64,000 nucleotides of DNA from Macrostomum lignano. Taxonomy: Eukaryota. Under the pieces are notes generated by a model. That model made no database searches, was not told the origin of the DNA, and saw only the letters and a program-made list of their open reading frames with translations. The stretch is taken from contig NIVC01001549.1 in the NCBI GenBank assembly GCA_002269645.1, forward strand, positions 124,001-188,000, read 5' to 3'. This document shows, one piece after another, positions 41,269 through 52,281 of the stretch. A program made the translations under genes and the position numbers. Each line of letters opens with the position of its first letter. Position 1 is the stretch's first letter.

Positions 41269-42334
41269 TAACTGCGAGCTAGATTGACTCTCCCAACAGT
41301 CGGGCACGAGACTGCTTCCGTGCGCTGGCCGAACTGACTTAGATGACTGAGTTTAAGGTCACCTATTGATCAGTATTGATCAGTCCGTCCCTAATCCCCT
41401 CAGTTTCAGCGCCCACAGTGGCAGCGTCTCCCACGGAAGAAACAGAGAATACCCACTAATTGTTTCGTCTGATACTCCGGCAATACTCTGGGCAGTGCGA
41501 GGCAGAGCGGGTGGGCTACCTTTAATAACGTGAATTGGAAACTTTAGTTGGCGGTGTCGTCGAAACAAAACTTAAAAGTGCGCTCTCCTTCCCCCACCGC
41601 CAAATCTCAGACAACTTCAAGGGCCAAAGATTGGGGTTAAAAATTCCTTCTGACTGCCGATTGGCCAATACATACTAGCAAATCAAATTTGGGCACGGAG
41701 GCTAGAAGTAGTTGGGGGAGCGCGGGGCGGGCAGTCTAGCCAATCAGAGCTGGATGTGCGATAACTGTGGCGGACAGAATGGGGTGGGTTATGCGAACGC
41801 GGCGAGTGCGGTTCCCGGCCCACCCGACCGACAGCCAGGGGTTTCTTATTCGTACAAATGCACCGGGGCACAACATATCGAAAATTTCAACTTTGTTTAA
41901 AACGACGCACTGGATTAACGCAAAAACCTTAGTTACAGCCATTTATATCGTCCTTGTCTGTTTATTTCTTCGAGCCAGTCATCTAAAAACTTTCAGACAA
42001 CTTTTGACGACCTTTGACGACTGATACATGAAAGTGTAATGCACAGAAGGGTCTATATTTTCTCTGTGGTTGACCCTGTTGCATGACTATCACCGACTAA
42101 TATCTCTAGGCTCTCCATTTCACACGTGATTGAAACCACCCTATCTACTGGAAAATCTTAGTCGCTATATATATTCAAATCGTTTTTACAGAAAATTTAT
42201 AATATTAATAAACACACGATTTCACGTGTTCGTATTCTATTACAGCACAATACAGTCAGCCTATTAAGGTTTCAGACCACATATAAAAGAATACGCGCTT
42301 TTAAACAAGCAGCAATTCAACGGTGTCATTAGCC

Positions 42335-45300
42335 ATGGACAGGAGGATTTTCTCTGCTGCTGTGCTACTGCAAATCGTGACTGCAACCTATTTCGGTAGG
42401 AGTTATGCTATAATAGTTGTAGTGACATTTACGAGTATATCGATTCATGAAACTGCCTTTGATTGCCTTCTTTTAATCTGTAATTATAATAAAGTTGACG
42501 CAACAGCATATTTTATACTGAATATCACTACATACATGTACACTTATATTAGGCTTAGACTAAGACTTTTCATGGTCGGGATGGGTTACGTCATAGTAGT
42601 AGTGCTAATTTGAGTCGGTTATTTTGTTTAAGCGTAGTCAGTCGTCACGAGTTTTATTATCCGTTGCATTTTATTGGCTTAAACTTTTATCCCTAAAGCA
42701 TTTTTAAATGTTCTTAAAGTACGAGTGTATGAATGTCTTGATATGCAAGGATATACGCCTTGCTGTATTGTTATTTCAATGGGACTCAGACGACATAGAT
42801 TTTAAAATCGCTTTCAGAAACGCTATTCTAATAAAAAAGAACGGCTGACATGCGAAAAGGATGCTGAACTTCAAGAATACGTGAAACAAAAACAGCCAGT
42901 TCAGATTAGCACTGCCTGTTATTCCCTTCTCCTCCGACACCTCTTGTATGCTACAGCTTCAATGCAGATTAAAAAATCAATTCATGAGGATGTTTCGCGC
43001 AATTTAGTTTTCTGAATTTACAAAAAAACAAACCAAAATTTACTTTCAGGTGGTGCGTTTGGGCAAAAGCAATGCACGAGCCTCAAGCATATGTCGAATC
43101 TCCGTCTTACTAATGTTGGAGTCTTTCCAGGCGGAAGTTTGGTATCCCACAATGGATTCTCTGACGGCACTGGCAGCTATGAACACAATATGACATGTCG
43201 CTGGACATTACAACTACCAAATACTATGACACTAATTTACGTCAATATATTAAGACTAGACCTGGAAGTTCGACGCCATCATTTTTTTGCCGATTGCCCC
43301 TACGATCGTCTCACAGTAGAATTTAAAAACGCCATGACTCTTTACTGGGAAACAAAAGTGGCATGTGCAAGGTTGCACCTACCCTATTTTACTAGCGCAA
43401 GTGATGTTTATATTTCGTTTTATACGGACAGCTCAATAGCTAAACGAGGCCTTCACTTGGTTTGGTACTTTGTTCCGGAATCGGTCGCCTACCGACTGCC
43501 ATTGCCTGAGGATTGGTCTGGCAAGTAAACCGCGGATCACCTGTGTTACGCATCTATACTTAGCAACATAGCAAATTTGCCACCCTTGCGCTAGTAAATG
43601 GCCGGTAATCGCGGGTAAATTGAGGGTAACAGATTGCTCAAATCAAATTAACAACGGGCTTTAACCAATTAAAAATTGATTTGAGCAATCTTGGACCCAC
43701 AGAGCTAGCTACTGGAGGTAATGTGAATGGGCCCTAAGCAACCTCCTATTGAGAGTTCAAGAGCCTGGGACTTTCTGTAGCGTACAATGGACTTGGAGAA
43801 TCCCCCACACAATGTCATACAACTGCGCCAAGCCATTGTAGATGCCTGGCAGAGTCTTCAGTGTAGAAATATTTTCCACTACCAGTGTTTATTCTCCCTG
43901 CAAGATTTACCGGTACTCTTCATACTCCTGATTTCGGTGGAAAACCTTTTCGTAAACAAAACAGTATGTAGTACAGCCAAACATCAGGAATTTTATAGTC
44001 GCGATATTAACAGTGACTGTAAATTTTTGCTGTAGTTTTGATGGATGCTTTTCTACTCATAAATACGAGTTTTTGCATAGGTAGATACACTTGGAAGTTT
44101 TCCGCAGATTATCCTGGTTCAATTTATTACCTGTAGTCGATAACATATTTCTCAAAGCTTTTTGTACGAACCCCGCTCAAGCGACGCTTTTTGTGTATTC
44201 TGATAAAATGTTACAAATGATTCTTTGGTGTATATAGTCGAATCAGTGTCCCCAGCGAGGGTTGCAATTAGACTAAACCGCATTCCTGACCTCGGTAGCT
44301 ACTATACGAAATACGATTTCTGTGATGTGACATTTTCCTCACGTACTGTTTCAGCACTTGTGAATGATTGTCCCGAGTTTTTTCAAAACAATGGAACACT
44401 GATAGTGACCACCGATCGTTCCAACTACGACTGTACCTGGCGCTGGGAGCTCGGTGCCGAGCATGCCATGAAGATGTTTATAGAATACGTGGACTTTGGC
44501 CCCGCAGACAACTTGAGATCACACGGTGCCCGCTAATTCTGATTTATGATTGTTAAATAAAATTTACACGCTTGCAACTTCTAAAGCAGATGACAAATAA
44601 CCAGTACTCATAAAATTGTATGCAGTTCTCAAATGCTTCTTGCAGAAAACTGCTGCAATGCACACACCGGAAGGCTTACTGTGCAGTTTACAAATAGAAT
44701 TGGTCAAGGTGAAGAATTGTGCTTCTGCGGCAACAGCACAGTAAATGAAACCATTGAAGCCTACGTCTGGATCACGGTTCACTTTTATATGATAGAGGCA
44801 TATCAGGGCAGAGGGACTCGTGTGAATTTCCAGCGACTGAGCCGTGAGTTCCTTCAATTTTTTTACATAGTTTTAAATAGAAGCTGTATAACTCTATTTG
44901 GATCAGAAATCCATATTGGATAAATAGATTTCTAGAGACTAAATTAGAACGGTCCTACGTTCGCATACAGTAATTTCGCCGGACGTCGGATTTGGGTACC
45001 AAATTCTTTGTTGAGAAAAGACGTTCTTAGTTTTTTTGAATAACTTGCAATATTTCACCTTAGCTTCAGAATCGAAAGTCGAGCAAGTTACGAGCTACTT
45101 AGCTTGGATATAGTTGTGAATGAACTTGGACAAAAACATACTTTGTTAAAAAAATTGCTTCATTTTTAACCCGTAAATTTTACGCTCAGAGATACTGTCA
45201 ACGTATTGCAAAAGAACCCAATTGCAAAAGTACCAATCTCGCCATAACATTTATTATTGCAATCGGATTTTTTGCAACAAAACTTTTTAGTACAAAGAAA

Positions 45301-45478
45301 TTCTAACTGCTCGCAGCCTCAACTATTAAATAGATACCACATCAAGCTTTCGGATACACTGACTAGAACAGGCATCGGTTCGTGCATCTGGTCGTTCCGA
45401 CCAATAGACAATGATCATTTGATAATACTTACCATCAACCGCCTCATTATGGAATCATTAAGCCGGTATAAAAATTCG
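42335..45478 (+). CDS. Second CUB-domain gene (5' part); continuation interrupted or displaced by the Polinton
   Basis: Signal exon MDRRIFSAAVLLQIVTATYF (42335-42395). CUB exon from 43050 (YEHNMTCRWTL...CPYD...FYTDSSIAKRGL), paralogous to 32.9-33.4 kb. Further CUB-like exons at 44.36-44.5, 44.63-44.85 and 45.26-45.48 kb; donor GTGAGT near 45478. Confidence 0.7.
43740..43862 (+). pseudogene. Short Tc1 transposase C-terminal relic
   Basis: PIE...DLENPPHNVIQLRQAIVDAWQSL, similar to NPPQNVAELRHAIENAWQQL at 40.9 kb. Confidence 0.55.
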
Positions 45479-45782
45479 TGAGTATTTAATATATCACTTA
45501 TACGCTCGCATTTACATGTACACTTGTACAAGCTTGTAATTATGTTATATTAGAACCATGGGCAACTCCAAAATACGCTCGTAGGACACTACAAAATAGA
45601 CGCATTTCACCAGAATTGCACCATAATTGCCGGTGTTCGGTAGCATTTCAGCTTGATAAATTTGTGAGTTTAAATAACGAAACAAAAAATTCTGAGTACA
45701 ATTTGGAGAAAAAAATTCTAGCTTCATTTGGAACTTCGAGGTCCTTTATAATTTCAGAAAGCTTCTCATTTTGCTAATGCGT

Positions 45783-46049
45783 TAGTAGTAGGTAAAAAGA
45801 CGAGTACAGACCCAGAGCACTTTTTTAACAACCGTTTTAAGGGTCTAGAGGGGGGACACGGGGGGTAAATAAAAAAACACATCTAAACACATCTAAACAC
45901 CCATAACACATCTAATCACCCACAACACCCCTTAATACCAAAAATCAATAAAAATCACCTCCAACACACCCCTCGTGTCCCCCCTCTGGAACCTTATAAA
46001 CGGCCATTAAAAAAGGTCTGATCTGTAAGCGTCTTTTTACCTACTACTA
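45783..46049. repeat. Imperfect ~85-bp inverted repeat at the Polinton left terminus
   Basis: TAGTAGTAGGTAAAAAGACG...GAGGGGGGACACG at 45783 is mirrored by CGTGTCCCCCCTC...CGTCTTTTTACCTACTACTA ending at 46049. Confidence 0.9.
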
Positions 46050-46156
46050 CACATCCAACACCCCCCAACACTTCTAACACTTCCAAATCTCTATAACCCC
46101 TCGCACGCGCCGCAGGCGCGAAGGGTCTTTTTCTGTTACTAAAAATAGAACAAAAA

Positions 46157-46555
46157 ATGACACACGTTACACATATGCAAAATCTGAACGAATTGCAGGT
46201 AGGAGACCCAGTTGAATACCGAGGTGAGGGGCTTTTTGATGTGGTTGGAACAGCAGCGAATTTTGTTAAAGACAATATGGGTCTTATAGGGCAAGCAGGC
46301 TCCGCAGCAGGTTCTATAACAAATGCTGTAAAAGGAGGAATTGAAGCAGCTAGAGCGGCAGAAGAACTAAAGAAATTGAGAGATTTTAACGACACCCTCT
46401 CACAAATAAATGCAATAAAAGATTTAAAGCTGGCGCAAGCCGCACAACCAACAGAAACCCCCACGAAAAGCGCGCCAATAAGTAATAAAGATATTCAGGA
46501 TTTTAATAAAATGTTAACCACAATTAAAGGCGGAAAAGGATTAAAGAAATTTTAA
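46157..46555 (+). CDS. Polinton small protein (132 aa), putative protease-processed virion core protein
   Basis: AAAAATG start context; GEGL and GGKGL motifs resemble adenain-type cleavage sites (inference). Confidence 0.7.
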   Translation: MTHVTHMQNLNELQVGDPVEYRGEGLFDVVGTAANFVKDNMGLIGQAGSAAGSITNAVKGGIEAARAAEELKKLRDFNDTLSQINAIKDLKLAQAAQPTETPTKSAPISNKDIQDFNKMLTTIKGGKGLKKF

Positions 46556-46565
46556 CAATATAAAA

Positions 46566-47552
46566 ATGGACACAGATAACGACCGCTTATATTTTATAGG
46601 AGAAATTGTAGATACTTTAGATCTAGATGATAATAAACATAGCCACACAATGTTAAAAAGATTGGATCGTTTAGGTAAAAAACTTGACTACGATATCGAT
46701 ACATTTAAACTTGCTGCAAAATATGCACAAGAAGGAAGGCCAATATCCTTTAAGAATCATGGTAGAAATTATAGGTTGACAGACTCTGATGTAAAATTTT
46801 TATTGGAGACTCACACTAAAAAAGACGGTGGGTTGTTACCTATTTTACCAATTCTTTTAGGCCTCGGAGCAGCCGGAGCAGCCGGTTTAGCAGGCAAAAG
46901 AATTCATGATAATCGAAAACAGTTAGCAGAATTAAAAGCAAAACAAGGAGGAATATTGCCATTAGCAACTTTATTACCAATAATTTTTGCAGGAATAGGA
47001 GCAGCTGGTGGAATAGCAGGTGGCGCAGCTGGAATCACAAAAGCAGTAAATGATAAAAAAGCTGCGGATGAAAAAGCTAAACGAGATGCAGAATTTCAAA
47101 GACAGCAAATAACACAGGACGCACAATTCAAACAGAAACTTATTGATACCATTAATAGTAGTTCAGCAACAGCAGAGCAAAAAAGAAATGCAGAAGCTAG
47201 GTTAGCAGCCGGAAAAGGTTTACTCTTGCAAGGAACAAATCACGGCAATGGTTTAATATTAAAAGGAACAACCCAAGGAAGTGGAGTTGTCGCAGATAAA
47301 CTACATGAATTTGGCCAAACTTTAGAAAAAACGGGTGAGAAAGCTAAAGGATTTTTTGACAATATTGGAGCTAATTTTAGGCCAGCAGTTCAGAAGATTT
47401 TTAATAAGTTAGGAAAAGATTTTAACATAATTGAAAAACACGATGGAAGCGGATTATATCTCGAAATGAGACCAAAAGCAGGTTCAGGAATTTTCTTAAA
47501 TTCAAACGTTATGGGAAATGGATTGCTATTACCAAAAGCAGATCTCGAATAG
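46566..47552 (+). CDS. Polinton protein (328 aa) with two adenovirus pX-like hydrophobic motifs
   Basis: KDGGLLPILPILLGLGAAG and KQGGILPLATLLPIIFAGIGAAGG, plus repeated GxG(L/I/V) motifs. Confidence 0.75.
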   Translation: MDTDNDRLYFIGEIVDTLDLDDNKHSHTMLKRLDRLGKKLDYDIDTFKLAAKYAQEGRPISFKNHGRNYRLTDSDVKFLLETHTKKDGGLLPILPILLGLGAAGAAGLAGKRIHDNRKQLAELKAKQGGILPLATLLPIIFAGIGAAGGIAGGAAGITKAVNDKKAADEKAKRDAEFQRQQITQDAQFKQKLIDTINSSSATAEQKRNAEARLAAGKGLLLQGTNHGNGLILKGTTQGSGVVADKLHEFGQTLEKTGEKAKGFFDNIGANFRPAVQKIFNKLGKDFNIIEKHDGSGLYLEMRPKAGSGIFLNSNVMGNGLLLPKADLE

Positions 47553-47636
47553 GCTCCTGGGGGGAGGGTCTGGACACCAAAAACGCAAAATTAAAAAATC
47601 AATAATTCAAATATTATATAAATTTGATTCTATAAA

Positions 47637-50600
47637 ATGGAAGCAATTTTAGCTCAAATCGAAAATCCTGAAATTAGAGCACAATTAATAGCTCAATTGG
47701 AATTAGAAAGAGCTAATATAGAAGCTAGAGTTAGGGCAGAAAATGAGATACGTTTAGAAAGACAATTAAATGATATTGATAACCCCCAACCACAAGGACA
47801 AAATGGAGCTGAAGTAATAGATATAGATATAGATATAAATACAAATTATAAAGAATATTTTAAACAAATGAAAGATAAATTAAAGACCATATTAAACAAT
47901 TATACTATAAGGCCAAATAACAAACGACAGCCAATTAAGTATAAAATAGAAGTTGAAACAGAATTTAAAAAACCAAATATTCTTAATGCAAATTCAGAAA
48001 TTGAAGTAATAAATAACTTTTCACAAGAATCATATAAAACACTACTATCAATGGGAAATTACAATAATCAATTTAATCAAATAGAAGCGGAGTTTGATGA
48101 ATGGATAGATAAGATGACAGAAAACGGATCCGGGTTTATATTTGTATCCTGTAATTCAGCAATAGTAAAGATTGCACCTATAGAAATTCTTAAAGGACGA
48201 TCACATATGAATCTCAAATTTAAATCACATATGATTATAAATCCAGACAATAAAGATAATAAATGTTTATTATGGTGTTTATTAATTCATAAATATCACA
48301 ATCAAGTAGAATCACACACTAATAAAATATATAATTATAGACAATATGAGGATGAAATAATAATGAAAAACATATCATACCCAGTAGCAATAGATGATAT
48401 ATATAAGATTGAAAAAATGAATGGTTTAAATATTAATGTGTTTACAATTGAAGAACCAAAAGATCTAGAAGAAATTTTAACCGATCCAGAATGGTATAAG
48501 AAAAGGTGTTATCTTGTTAAGCCAGCAACTGATATAACTGCACCAGATCAAATCGACCTTTTGTACATGCAGAGTGAAAATGAAACACATTATATATACA
48601 TAAAGGACATTAGTTCATTTTTACAAGAAAATAGAAATAGAATGCCATTATGTAGAAACTGCTTCACATTTAAAAAGGATGAAACAGCTCTTAAAAATCA
48701 TCAACGATTTTGTTTAGATCACAAATTTACTAATGTTGTAATGCCAGCATCTGAAGATGCAACCCTAATGTTCCAACAACATTATATGGCAATTAAAAAA
48801 CCAATAGTAATATATGCTGATTTTGAAGCAACAAATGTTCCCTTAAAAGAACCACAAACAGTATCTGATGGTGAATGCACAAAAAAATTGGCACAACAGT
48901 TTCCGAATAGTTATTGTATATATGTACACTCTGTAGCTGATCATATATTTAAATCAAGGATGATTACTTACCACGGTAATGATGCAGCTAAGCACATGGC
49001 AGAATCATTAGTAAATGTATTTGAATATATTCAAAATCAATATGAAAAATTATCAAAAAATATTATTATGACAGATAAGGATAGATACAATTATAAAAAT
49101 GCAACAAATTGTTATATGTGCAAAAGATATTTAACTAAGAAAAATAAGATACGAGAACATTGTCATTTAACGGGAATTTATCGAGGGGCAGCATGTAGAT
49201 CATGTAACGCAAAAGAAGGAAAAGGATGTAAGGAAATACCAGTATTTTTTCATAATGGTTCCGGATATGATTTTCATTTCCTAGTTCGAGAATTGCTTCA
49301 TTTAGGAAAGGATGAATATGAAATAAATATATTACCTAAAACATCAGAAAATTACATATCAATAACATATGGTAAGAAATACTCCCATCTAGTTTTTCTA
49401 GATTCCTTGAGATTCTTATCAACATCTTTAGCAAATGTTGTTTCATCATTAGTTCCAAAACCATGGGATTTAGAAATAGTAAAGAAAAACTTTCCAATAC
49501 TATTGAATCGTTTCAAAAAGGAAAAACTATCTGAGGAAGAACTAATGCTATTAACTCGTAAGGGCATCTATCCATATGAATATGTAACATCTGAAGACAT
49601 ATTTTCTCATACCGAATTACCACCCATAGAAAAGTTTTATTCAACATTATCACAAACAAATATAAGTGAATCGGATTATGAACATGCTCAAAAAGTATGG
49701 AAATATTTTAATTGTAAAACATTTAAAGATTATCATAATCTATATCTTAAAGCAGATGTTCTCCTATTAGCTGATGCATTTGAAAACTTTAGGAATCATA
49801 AATATGAGAACTTTAAAATTGATCCCGCTTATTGTTTCAGTGCACCCGGATTAACATGGGCATGTGGTTTGAAATACACAGATGTTGAGATTGATTTACT
49901 AACTGATCATGATATGTTGTTAATGATTGAGAGAGGAATTCGTGGTGGATTCTCGGGGGTATTAGGAGATAGATATACTAAAGTAAATAATAAGTATCTT
50001 CCAAATTATAATAAAAAAGAAAAATCATCATATGTATTATATCTAGATGCAAACAATTTATATGGAGGTTGTATGAAACAAAAATTACCAATAGCTGATT
50101 TCCAATGGGAAGACGACCCCGATTATTACAAAAATATTCCCGAAGGAAGGGGCTGTATCATAGAAGTGGATTTGCAATATACTCGGGAAGCAAAAGCAAA
50201 AACATATAAATATCCTTTAGCTCCAGAGCATTGTTCAGTTAATGAAGATGATTTATCACAAACACAAAAAGATTATCTTAAAGCAGATAATGCAAAACAC
50301 CTAGCAACAAAAAAATTAATATTAAATTTACATGATAAGAAAAACTATGTAGTGCATTATAAGCTTCTACAATTTTATGAAAAGCAGGGATTAAAAGTGT
50401 CTAAAGTACATCGAACAATATCGTTTATTGAGGAAGATTGGTTAGCTAAATATATTGACTTTAATTCAAATCAGAGACAGATGTCAAAAACAAATTTTGA
50501 GAAAGATTATTGGAAATTAATGAATAATGCTTTTTATGGAAAAACGGTTGAAAATATTAGAGATAGAACCCAATTCCATTTAGAAAAGGATATTGATAAA

Positions 50601-51551
50601 GCAAAGAAATATTTCTCAAAACCTAACTTTAAAGATTTTATAAAATTTGATGATAACTTTATGGGAATACATATGAGAAATAAAACAACAAAATTTCTTA
50701 AACCAATATTTATTGGAATGGTTGTTCTAGATTTTGCAAAGCTAGTAATGTATGAATACTATTATGATGTTATAAATAAAACATGGCCAGATAACTATCC
50801 AATATATGCAGACACCGATAGTTTGGTATTTAAGGTTGAAACACTAGATGTCTATAAAGATATGGAAAAAATTAAGGATACATTGGACACATCAGACTAT
50901 CCGGATAACCATCCCTTAAAATCGAATCAAAATAAGAAAGTTGTACTTAAAATGAAAGATGAATTAAATAGCAAAATCATAACTGAGTTTATAGCAATAA
51001 GATCAAAATGCTATGCATTTAAAGTTTTAGGACAGGAGGGAGAGGTAAAAAAAATAAAAGGGGTATCAAGGGCAGCAGTTAAAAAGATAACATTTGATGA
51101 TTATAAAAACGTACTTTTAGATTACCTTAATACAATTGAAAATTATCATGCTCCACAATATCGATTAAATTCAGATAAGCATCAGATGTTTGTCATCGAG
51201 ACAGATAAAAAAACATTAAGTCCATTTGATGATAAAAGATATTTAGATGATAAAATTAAAACATATCCATATGGTTTAAAAGAAGAGATAAAAAATATGA
51301 TAAAAGATAAAAAACAAAAAGAAGATATAATAAGCAAATATAATGAATACAAAGAGGCAATAAATAATTATTATTACGATTGTGATTGTGAATCCGAATG
51401 TGAATGTGAATATAATACATTTCTAGAATATGAAAAAGATATAGATAATTATACCGCAACATTTCCAAAAGAACTTAAAAAATTAAACAAGGAAAAAGTC
51501 TTGGATAACTGGAAGAGATTAACAGAAAAACTAATAATGATAAAAAACTAA
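47637..51551 (+). CDS. POLB: Protein-primed family B DNA polymerase (1304 aa)
   Basis: Exonuclease motifs YADFE, FHNGSGYD and YLKADVLLL; RKGIYPYEY; polymerase motifs YLDANNLYG, KLMNNAFYGK, YADTDS and KGVS; uninterrupted ORF. Confidence 0.97.
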   Translation: MEAILAQIENPEIRAQLIAQLELERANIEARVRAENEIRLERQLNDIDNPQPQGQNGAEVIDIDIDINTNYKEYFKQMKDKLKTILNNYTIRPNNKRQPIKYKIEVETEFKKPNILNANSEIEVINNFSQESYKTLLSMGNYNNQFNQIEAEFDEWIDKMTENGSGFIFVSCNSAIVKIAPIEILKGRSHMNLKFKSHMIINPDNKDNKCLLWCLLIHKYHNQVESHTNKIYNYRQYEDEIIMKNISYPVAIDDIYKIEKMNGLNINVFTIEEPKDLEEILTDPEWYKKRCYLVKPATDITAPDQIDLLYMQSENETHYIYIKDISSFLQENRNRMPLCRNCFTFKKDETALKNHQRFCLDHKFTNVVMPASEDATLMFQQHYMAIKKPIVIYADFEATNVPLKEPQTVSDGECTKKLAQQFPNSYCIYVHSVADHIFKSRMITYHGNDAAKHMAESLVNVFEYIQNQYEKLSKNIIMTDKDRYNYKNATNCYMCKRYLTKKNKIREHCHLTGIYRGAACRSCNAKEGKGCKEIPVFFHNGSGYDFHFLVRELLHLGKDEYEINILPKTSENYISITYGKKYSHLVFLDSLRFLSTSLANVVSSLVPKPWDLEIVKKNFPILLNRFKKEKLSEEELMLLTRKGIYPYEYVTSEDIFSHTELPPIEKFYSTLSQTNISESDYEHAQKVWKYFNCKTFKDYHNLYLKADVLLLADAFENFRNHKYENFKIDPAYCFSAPGLTWACGLKYTDVEIDLLTDHDMLLMIERGIRGGFSGVLGDRYTKVNNKYLPNYNKKEKSSYVLYLDANNLYGGCMKQKLPIADFQWEDDPDYYKNIPEGRGCIIEVDLQYTREAKAKTYKYPLAPEHCSVNEDDLSQTQKDYLKADNAKHLATKKLILNLHDKKNYVVHYKLLQFYEKQGLKVSKVHRTISFIEEDWLAKYIDFNSNQRQMSKTNFEKDYWKLMNNAFYGKTVENIRDRTQFHLEKDIDKAKKYFSKPNFKDFIKFDDNFMGIHMRNKTTKFLKPIFIGMVVLDFAKLVMYEYYYDVINKTWPDNYPIYADTDSLVFKVETLDVYKDMEKIKDTLDTSDYPDNHPLKSNQNKKVVLKMKDELNSKIITEFIAIRSKCYAFKVLGQEGEVKKIKGVSRAAVKKITFDDYKNVLLDYLNTIENYHAPQYRLNSDKHQMFVIETDKKTLSPFDDKRYLDDKIKTYPYGLKEEIKNMIKDKKQKEDIISKYNEYKEAINNYYYDCDCESECECEYNTFLEYEKDIDNYTATFPKELKKLNKEKVLDNWKRLTEKLIMIKN

Positions 51552-51929
51552 AGCATGTAATTGTTTAAGCATAATATCGATTTCAATTTCATATCGCCCC
51601 ACAGGGTCGCGAACTTCGTTCGATTTTATTGAACACCAATTATCCTCACAGTCGGCAGGGTAACTTAAACATTCTTTTATTTTTTTCCTAAGTACTTTTA
51701 TTCGTCTAACCAATCTATCTATTTCAATTTCAATTACTGTTTCAGCATAAGCAATCGCAGCTTTTAAAAAACGTTTTCTTTTATCTATCTCATATCGCAT
51801 GGGAAACATTTCGTCCCCCCACTCACTATAAGACATTGAATTTATTTTTTTATTAATATCTTTAATTTCACGCTCTTTAGTGATAAGGATTTTTATTGTC
51901 TCCATTTTCTTATAAAAAATTTTAGTCAT
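51531..51929 (-). CDS. Polinton hypothetical protein (132 aa)
   Basis: Compact ORF abutting neighbours; codon bias like the rest of the element. Confidence 0.6.
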   Translation of the reverse strand: MTKIFYKKMETIKILITKEREIKDINKKINSMSYSEWGDEMFPMRYEIDKRKRFLKAAIAYAETVIEIEIDRLVRRIKVLRKKIKECLSYPADCEDNWCSIKSNEVRDPVGRYEIEIDIMLKQLHALVFYHY

Positions 51930-52254
51930 CTTCGCCAGCCTCCCAAACAGCCGCCAATTTTACAGTCCTATCACTCTTTTTATTATTTGTTTGTTTTAGT
52001 TTAAATTGCAACCCACCCTCCAGACTGTATTTTATAATGAACGCTTTAGGTTTATTAATAACTAAAACTGGAAAATTTTTAACATCATTCCCACTTAGAC
52101 ATAGTATTGTTTGCCCATCTAATTGTAAAAATATCGATTGAAGTCCAATAAATTTAACCTGTCTCAAACATACAATATTATATTCTTTATTCTCCAACAT
52201 ATTGGGTGTGAGATAATTAATCACATTAGAATCGGTTTTGAACCAGCTCTCCAT
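51922..52254 (-). CDS. Polinton hypothetical protein (110 aa, start MESWF)
   Basis: AAAAATG context at 52254. Confidence 0.6.
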   Translation of the reverse strand: MESWFKTDSNVINYLTPNMLENKEYNIVCLRQVKFIGLQSIFLQLDGQTILCLSGNDVKNFPVLVINKPKAFIIKYSLEGGLQFKLKQTNNKKSDRTVKLAAVWEAGEDD

Positions 52255-52281
52255 TTTTAATCTAAAAAAATAACAAAAAAA

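Noticed and set aside
49352-49567. Short antisense ORFs within Polinton genes (also 54551, 55039, 55400, 57573, 61809)
   Set aside because: Shadow frames of well-supported genes.
47637-51551. Intein in the long pPolB
   Set aside because: No C/S...HN-C/S/T splice motifs noticed; the length is explained by the N-terminal terminal-protein region and the EndoVII-like insert.
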